33,562 bases of DNA from assembly GCA_963804165.1 (NCBI GenBank), contig CAWDPO010000044.1:1-33562 (forward strand). Reading direction: 5' to 3'. Origin of the DNA: an uncultured delta proteobacterium (GTDB taxonomy: Bacteria > Desulfobacterota > Binatia > UBA9968). The translations under genes were made by a program, and so were the position numbers. Under the pieces are notes generated by a model that worked only from the letters and a program-made list of their open reading frames with translations, ran no database searches and had not been told where the DNA came from. This document shows, one piece after another, positions 27,764-33,562 of the stretch (within the stretch, counting starts at the first letter, position 1; the number at the start of each line of letters is the position of its first letter).

Positions 27764-29038
27764 TCAGGATGGTTTCGTTTCAGCTTCGCTAACGGGCTGC
27801 GCAGTGTAAGATTCGCGCGGCTCGCTGCTCCAGCTCGCCGGGTCCGCGCCCATCTTTTCGCCGAGATCCGCGAGATTGTTCATGGTCTCTTTATTGAAAA
27901 TCGCCGGCACGGGCGGAAGCCAGTCGCCGGGAATTGACACGATACGCACCTCCACATCGGCCTTCCGCTTGAGCCGTGAGATCTCGGCCATCGCGAAGAG
28001 ATGCCGCACCGCGGTCGCCGTAGCCGCGCGCGTGGATGTCTCCAGGCTGCGTTGAATGACTGCCCGCCAGTTAGGCGCCACCGGTTTAGGCATCGGACGG
28101 AACTGATTGTTGAAAATCACCCAGAAGCGAAACTTAGGATCGCCGTGGTTCGGATAAGCTTTCTGCCATAGGGCCGGCAGGCTGTCTTCTTCGGCTATTC
28201 GCCCGCCGTAGATAATATTTCCCGTTACCCCGCCGTCAACGTAGAGCTCTCCGTCGATCATGCGGAACGGAAACGCGCCGGGTATCCCCGCCGAGGCGAG
28301 TATAATATTGTGGACGCGCTCAATCTGTCCCGAATCGGCAACCCGCTGCGCTTCCGCCACCAGGTCGAACACCCGCGGCTGTCCTACGTCAAGCTCGGTC
28401 GTGTTGACTAACAAAATGCGGCCGTCAGCGCCCGCCTTCGCGATCCGGCGAAGCATGTCCACGGTGATGTGGTCGCGTATCTCGCGCTCCAGTCCAGGCA
28501 CCTCGGCGAACGAAATGTTGTCCGGCAAGAAATAAAGATATCCGCGCTGCTTCACCCAATCCTTCTTCGGGTTGCGATACATGTTTACGATCTGTTCGAT
28601 CGACTGCTCGTCGCCCAAAAATGCGAACGGGGCGATCAGCGTCCCCGTGCTTACTCCAGTGACGGCGTCGAATTCCGGCTTGGCCAGCGGGTGAGACGAC
28701 GGCACCTTCTGCCAACCTTTGAGAAATCCCGCGCCGAAAGCTCCCCAGTCGCCCCCACCTGAGATGATCAGAATATCGACCGACGGTGGTTCTTTCCGCC
28801 CGCTGGCGGCGTCCTGGTCGTACTTGGCCTTGATGCGTTCAACCAGGCGGCCGAACAACTCGCGGGCTGCTTCGGACAGCTCCTCGGCCGTGCTGCGCCG
28901 TCTAAGGAGATCCTCGGGCGCAACCTGCGGGCGTCTTAGCGAGGCGCCATAGCCCCACAGTGGCCGTTCTGTGATGGCTCCCACCAATGAGAGCAATCGC
29001 CGGCTGGCGACCGCCGCCCCAAGGCGGCACCGCGGCAC
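27764..29038 (-). CDS. Patatin-like phospholipase; true start possibly ATG 29072 in another frame
   Basis: SGGGDWGAFGAG, GVSTG (GxSxG), ASAGIPGAFP, YVDGG. Confidence 0.9.
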   Translation of the reverse strand: MPRCRLGAAVASRRLLSLVGAITERPLWGYGASLRRPQVAPEDLLRRRSTAEELSEAARELFGRLVERIKAKYDQDAASGRKEPPSVDILIISGGGDWGAFGAGFLKGWQKVPSSHPLAKPEFDAVTGVSTGTLIAPFAFLGDEQSIEQIVNMYRNPKKDWVKQRGYLYFLPDNISFAEVPGLEREIRDHITVDMLRRIAKAGADGRILLVNTTELDVGQPRVFDLVAEAQRVADSGQIERVHNIILASAGIPGAFPFRMIDGELYVDGGVTGNIIYGGRIAEEDSLPALWQKAYPNHGDPKFRFWVIFNNQFRPMPKPVAPNWRAVIQRSLETSTRAATATAVRHLFAMAEISRLKRKADVEVRIVSIPGDWLPPVPAIFNKETMNNLADLGEKMGADPASWSSEPRESYTAQPVSEAETKPS

Positions 29039-29424
29039 CCACGAGAAAGATTAAAGATGTTCTTGTTCGCATAGGCTGGCCTATAACGCCCAATGGGCTT
29101 GAGCGAGCGCGAGTATTGCAACGATCGTCATAGAGATGGTTCTACTTGACACTGGAGATTCCATGTGACGGAAAACTGGAACACCGTTCCCTCGGCTAAC
29201 TACTTTAAACGCATATAGCTCAAACTTTGTGAAGAGCGCAAATCAATTTAGGCGACACGAGGATTGTAGATCCTCTGCCCAGGGAAACTCAGAATCACGG
29301 ATGTGCACTTGATTTCGAGTCTCGTGACGATTAGCGAGACCGACAACCAATAGCAAAAGCCAACAGAAAATCCGCGGCTCTCTCCCCTCCTCTCTGTGCA
29401 TGAATGCGCGTGTTTTTCGATACA

Positions 29425-30254
29425 ACACGAGGATATGATGGAGATGCTGAACGTCGGGTTGCTCGAGGCCATCGTCGTCGATGACTGGAAGGCCAAGATG
29501 TGGGTTCAGTTGCTCCCGAACCTCAGGGTCAACGAGAAGGCCGTCTTGCGCTCCGGGGGCGTGATCGGTTGGGGAATCCGTAAGGGCAGTCCCAAGCTTG
29601 ATGCCGAGCTGAATGATTTCTACGTCAACTTCATGAAGAACCAGGGCACCCTCAACTGGCGCAAACAGGAATACTTTAAGCGGATCAAGCAAATCACTAA
29701 CTCCACGGGCTCCGACGAGGCGAAGCGCTTCCTTGAGACCCTGGAGTTCTTCAAGAAGTACGGCGAGAAATACGGCTTCGATCCGCTGATGCTCGCTGCC
29801 CAGGTTACCAGGAATCACCTCAACCAGAATGCTAAGAGCTACGTCGGCGCCATCGGCGTCATGCAGTTGATGCCCGCCACCGCCGCCGAGATGAAAGTCG
29901 GCGACATCAAGGTCACCGAAGCCAACATCCATGCAGGGACGAAGTACATGGACCAGTTGATGACCAGATATTTTCCAGACGCGAAGTTTAGTGAAGCAAA
30001 TCGCTCTCTTTTTGCTCTTGCTGCCTATAACGCCGGTCCGGGGCGAATCGCCAGCATGCGCAAGGAAGCCGCCAAGGGTAATCTCGATCCGGACAAGTGG
30101 TTCAACAACGTCGAGATCGTCACGGCGGAAAAGGTCGGCATTGAAACGACCACCTACGTGTGCAATATCTTCAAGTACTACACCGCCTAAACTGATGCTG
30201 GAACTCGAAGAAACGCAAAAAAAGGCGCGTGAGGTGGTTAAGCAGCGGAGCTGA
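29425..30254 (+). pseudogene. N-terminally truncated, frameshifted MltF-like lytic transglycosylase
   Basis: End of a binding-protein domain (EDMMEMLNVG...IVVDDW...WGIRKGSPKL), then GAIGVMQLMPATA and AAYNAGP. Catalytic YQES is out of frame at 29806-29817; a 2-nt deletion at ~30188 creates a premature TAA. Confidence 0.88.
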
Positions 30255-30480
30255 AAATCCTGAGCAGAAGTCTGCCTGTTTTTCGGTTTGTCGTCGGTGT
30301 GATCCTCGAGTGATTTTGTGGTCGCTTATCCTAGTGGCTTGCATGACTTCCCGTGCCGGGCGATTCCCCGAGGCAACGCGGCGAATGGTACCGATCTCAA
30401 CAGTGATGCAGCGCGCCAGTTCATTTCGACGTCCAAGGAAAGGTCAACACCTCTCAGCATGCATATCTCTTAGAGATGTC

Positions 30481-30519
30481 CTAAGGAAATTCGTAATAGA
30501 AATCAGGGCGACCCTGATT
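30481..30519 (+). promoter_or_regulatory. Bipartite candidate TF site upstream of the PLD gene
   Basis: CTAAGGAAATTCG-N10-CAGGGCGACCCTGA; also forms the palindrome AATCAGGG-CGA-CCCTGATT. Confidence 0.7.
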
Positions 30520-30626
30520 AGCAACCTCAAGGCGGCATTTCATAATAAAATTCTAAGGGACTGACAGACGATAGACGATCGCGGTGCCAATCTCTTGCAC
30601 CGTCCCTTAACCAGGAGAGGTGAAAC

Positions 30627-32176
30627 ATGAGGACAAGATACTTGTACAAAAGCTTGTTGCCGATTTTCGCCATCGCCTGCCTTGTGAGCGCGTGCGCTCC
30701 CGCGATCAACTGGGATTACCCGCGCAAGCCGTCAAATACCTTCGCACAGCCGGAGACCACCACCGTCGGCGCACTGTTTCAGGAAGCGGCGGACAAACAT
30801 CCGGGAGTATCCGGCTTCTCTATTATTCGGCAAGGCGGTCAGGCGTTTATGGCTCGGCTGGCGATGGCCGACTTAGCCGAAAAGACGCTCGATGGGCAGT
30901 ACTACATCTGGGATGGCGACACCACCGGCCTGATTTTGGCCGACCATCTGCTGCGTGCCGCGGACCGCGGCGTCCGTGTGCGCTTGTTGATCGACGATCA
31001 TTATATGTCGGAGAGTAGAGACAACAACATTGCGGCGCTCGACGCCCATCCCAACATTGAGATCCGTTTCTTCAACCCGGTCAGGAACCGGCGTTGGCGC
31101 ATGATGAGCTTCTTGGCCGAGTTTGGCCGCGTCAACCACCGGATGCACAACAAGCTGTTCGTTATGGACAACGCCGTGGGAATTGTCGGCGGACGCAACA
31201 TCGCGGATGTCTATTTTGGCGTGAGTACAGCCCATAACTATCGCGATCTCGATGTTATGAACGCCGGTCCGATCGTCAACGAGATATCGGCGAGCTTCGA
31301 TATGTTCTGGAACAGCGAGTGGGCACTACCCGTGGCTGCGGTCGTGGAAAAGCGCGCCACCGAACAGGATTTGGAGGACTGGAGGAAACGGCTAAAGGAA
31401 AAACTCGCCGCCACCGCCTATCCCTATCCCATCGACGAACACCTTGCTGGCCTCCGCGACCGCTTGGTCCAGATCCGGGACAATTTCATCTGGGCCCCGG
31501 GCAAAGTTTTCGTCGAGCAGCCCTCCAGGGTCGACGCCAATGCGGACAACGTCATCGCGTCGGCTCTCCGCGCAACGGGCAAGTGAGGTAGAGCGAGAAG
31601 TGTTGATCGAGTCGCCGTATTTCGTGCTGGGCGACGCGACTATCGAGAGGGTGCGACAACTCACGGCGCGAGGTGTCAAGGTGCGTGTGTTAACCAATTC
31701 CGCGGCCTCTCATGACGTGCTCCCGGCGCTTGCGGGCTATGTCTATTCGCGCAAGAAACTGCTCAATGCCGGCGTCGAGCTGTACGAGCTGCGTCCGGAT
31801 ACCAATATGCATCGGGACTGGTCGGTGTTGGCGGGCAAATCGCACGCCGCGTTGCATGCCAAGTCTCTTGTGTTCGATCGCAAGTCCGTGTTCATCGGCA
31901 GTTTCAATCTCGATCCCCGATCGACAGGCCCTCAACACCGAGATCGGCGTGATGATCGACAGTCCGGAGATTGCCGGGCAGGTGGGAGAGTTGATGGATG
32001 AAGGGGTCGCCCCCGGCAGCGCCTTTCACGTCACGCTCGACAAGAACGATAATCTGGTGTGGACCAATGAGTATCACGACTCAAAAGTCGAGTACTACAC
32101 AGACCCCGACACAAACTTCTTTTATCGGTTTATCGTCGGCGTCATCGGCATGCTGCCGATTGAGGACCAGCTATAG
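30627..32176 (+). pseudogene. Phospholipase D family lipoprotein (ClsC/YmdC-like, ~515 aa) split by two +1 frameshifts
   Basis: Lipobox VSA-C; HKD motifs RMHNKLFVMD and LHAKSLVFD; GGRNIAD, GSFNLDPRS. Shifts at ~31570 and ~31927; span 1550 = 3n+2; AGGAGAGG RBS. Confidence 0.88.
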
Positions 32177-32190
32177 AGGAGGCTGAGGCG

Positions 32191-32298
32191 GTGGCTGGAA
32201 TCTTTACCAAAGAGACGATGAACAATCTTGCCGGACCTCAGCGAAAAAACGAGACGCGGACCCGGCGAGCTGGAGCACCGAACCGGCCGCCGTTTTGA
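32191..32298 (+). pseudogene. Third, inverted and degenerate copy of the patatin 3' end
   Basis: AAAGAGACGATGAACAATCTTGC...CGCGGACCCGGCGAGCTGGAGCA matches the KETMNNLA...ADPASWS coding sequence, with several indels. Confidence 0.8.
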
Positions 32299-32610
32299 GC
32301 AATTACTATAGCCAACTCGTTGCCGATGCTGGAGCCGCTGAGTTTGTTGCGCCCCCGCGGAAAAAATTGCCAGAGAAAATTTTCCGACCAGATACCAACC
32401 ACAGCGGCACGCGCAGCATTTGTGCCCACGGGAGAGTCGACTCGATGCGATTTACGAACATCTCCGGCGCGACGCTTCTGCTTTAGAACGTCTCGGCATG
32501 AGGACTGCGTATTGTGGTTGATTCAAATCGTCGTGGCATTTGACGCGTTATAAAAATGGCCGTTTATACGATTTAGGGCTAGTACATCTACTAAAGCTCT
32601 TATGTCTGCA

Positions 32611-32648
32611 CTCAGGTATTTAGAACCAAAATTGGGTAAAACCCGATG
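32611..32648 (+). promoter_or_regulatory. Degenerate bipartite TF site upstream of the 193-aa gene
   Basis: CTCAGGTATTTAG-N9-TGGGTAAAACCCGA-TG. Confidence 0.45.
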
Positions 32649-32785
32649 TTCATACAAAGCGAAAGTGATAAGATTGCCCGTGTCGCACGACAATCAAATG
32701 CCAAAGCACGGGTTTCGGAATTGCGCTAAAACGCAATGAAATTGACCGTGGGACAACAAATCCAAATACAAATAAGGAGAAATAT

Positions 32786-33367
32786 ATGAAAACATTCGGG
32801 ATGATACTGACCGCGGTCATGCTGCTTGTGGGGCTAACATCGGTGACGATTGCGCAGCAGACAGACAGCGAGGATAAGAGCGTTAAGCCTAGTCGAGTTA
32901 CTGTAGACGTGGTCAAATTGACCGGCACGGTTAAAGCCGTTGATCTTGAAAAGAAAACCGCCACCGTGGAAGGATCGGGTGGTCGAGTGGTCACAGTGGA
33001 TGCGAAGAATGCGAGAAATCTGGACCAGGTTAAAGTGGGGGACAAAGTGACGCTTACGTATACGCAGGAGCGGGCCGTGTTCGTAAGAAAGACCGATGAG
33101 CCACCCAGCGCATCAGAGGCACGATCGGTGCAATTGGCACCCAAGGGTCAAAAACCGGGCGGAGTCATTGCCCAGACGATTGAGCTGACTGGCAGCGTAG
33201 AATCGGTCGACCCCAAGAAGCACATGATTGACTTGAAGGGTCCTGCCGGCAACGTGAGAACCTTTGCGGTCGACCCTGCCGTGAAGAATCTCAGTCAAAT
33301 CAAGAAAGGCGATCAGGTCGTTTTGAGATTCACTGAAAGAGTAGCCCTGAGCGTTGTGAAGCCCTGA
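32786..33367 (+). CDS. Secreted protein with two tandem OB-fold-like beta repeats
   Basis: TAAGGAG RBS, Sec signal (TIA-QQ), internal repeat LTGTVKAVDLEKK...NLDQVKVGDKV / LTGSVESVDPKKH...NLSQIKKGDQV. Confidence 0.88.
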   Translation: MKTFGMILTAVMLLVGLTSVTIAQQTDSEDKSVKPSRVTVDVVKLTGTVKAVDLEKKTATVEGSGGRVVTVDAKNARNLDQVKVGDKVTLTYTQERAVFVRKTDEPPSASEARSVQLAPKGQKPGGVIAQTIELTGSVESVDPKKHMIDLKGPAGNVRTFAVDPAVKNLSQIKKGDQVVLRFTERVALSVVKP

Positions 33368-33562
33368 GCGGTCTTAAAACTGGCTAAAGGTAGGCCGAGG
33401 GCAGTGTCGGCCCGCTTCTGGGACAGCACCAGGTTGCTGGTGATGCCCCCGCGAGCAGCTGTCAATCCCGCCTCACAGGAGCAAACGTCCTCCCGAGCTC
33501 GGCATGACCCTCCATCTGGTCACGCACGCTATGGAGGGAGTCCTGTGAAGATTATCAGCTTG

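Noticed and set aside
22887-29932. Long antisense ORFs (e.g. 22887-23651 +, 25400-25891 +, 29243-29932 -)
   Set aside because: They lie opposite well-supported GC-rich genes and are typical shadow ORFs.
30581-30602. Sigma-54 promoter near the PLD start (TGGCAC on the minus strand; palindrome CGGTGC-N9-GCACCG)
   Set aside because: The -12 position is GT not GC and the orientation is opposite to PLD; the palindrome alone has no assignable function.
1792-32298. Diversity-generating retroelement (TR/VR) explanation for the duplicated 3' gene tails
   Set aside because: Mismatches are not adenine-specific and many are synonymous third-position changes; there is no reverse transcriptase in the window.
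1-33562. CRISPR array, tRNA/rRNA, transposase, phage or anti-phage defence genes
   Set aside because: No regularly spaced repeats or diagnostic motifs seen. Patatin and PLD lack a CD-NTase or other defence partner and resemble lipid-metabolism types.

Overview
A 33.6 kb bacterial accessory region with no rRNA, tRNA, CRISPR array, integrase or transposase that I can support. Its core is an intact signalling block (6.3-19.5 kb). That block has two large membrane-sensor sigma-54 enhancer-binding proteins (EBPs) that share a ~99% identical 866-bp AAA+ cassette, a sensor-less HisKA_3 kinase behind a consensus sigma-54 promoter, two NarL/LuxR response regulators and a polyproline OmpA lipoprotein. 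Around it lie envelope, lipid, sugar and osmotic genes: aqpZ, DUF1269-like, GT2, GH13, SemiSWEET, GH63/MGH1-like glucosidase, HdeD-metallophosphoesterase, patatin, MltF-like, PLD/ClsC-like and secreted proteins. Many of these are frameshifted or truncated. The most notable unannotated signal is a bipartite DNA motif (CTARG-N6-CG, N9-11, CAGGG-N3-CCCYGA) found in gene-sense orientation 60-150 bp upstream of five to six genes across the window. Together with the sigma-54 promoter and enhancer, it suggests a tiered cascade: EBP -> sigma-54 -> kinase/response regulators -> local regulon. That wiring is inferred. All alignments and counts were done by eye, and family names come from motif recognition, not database searches.
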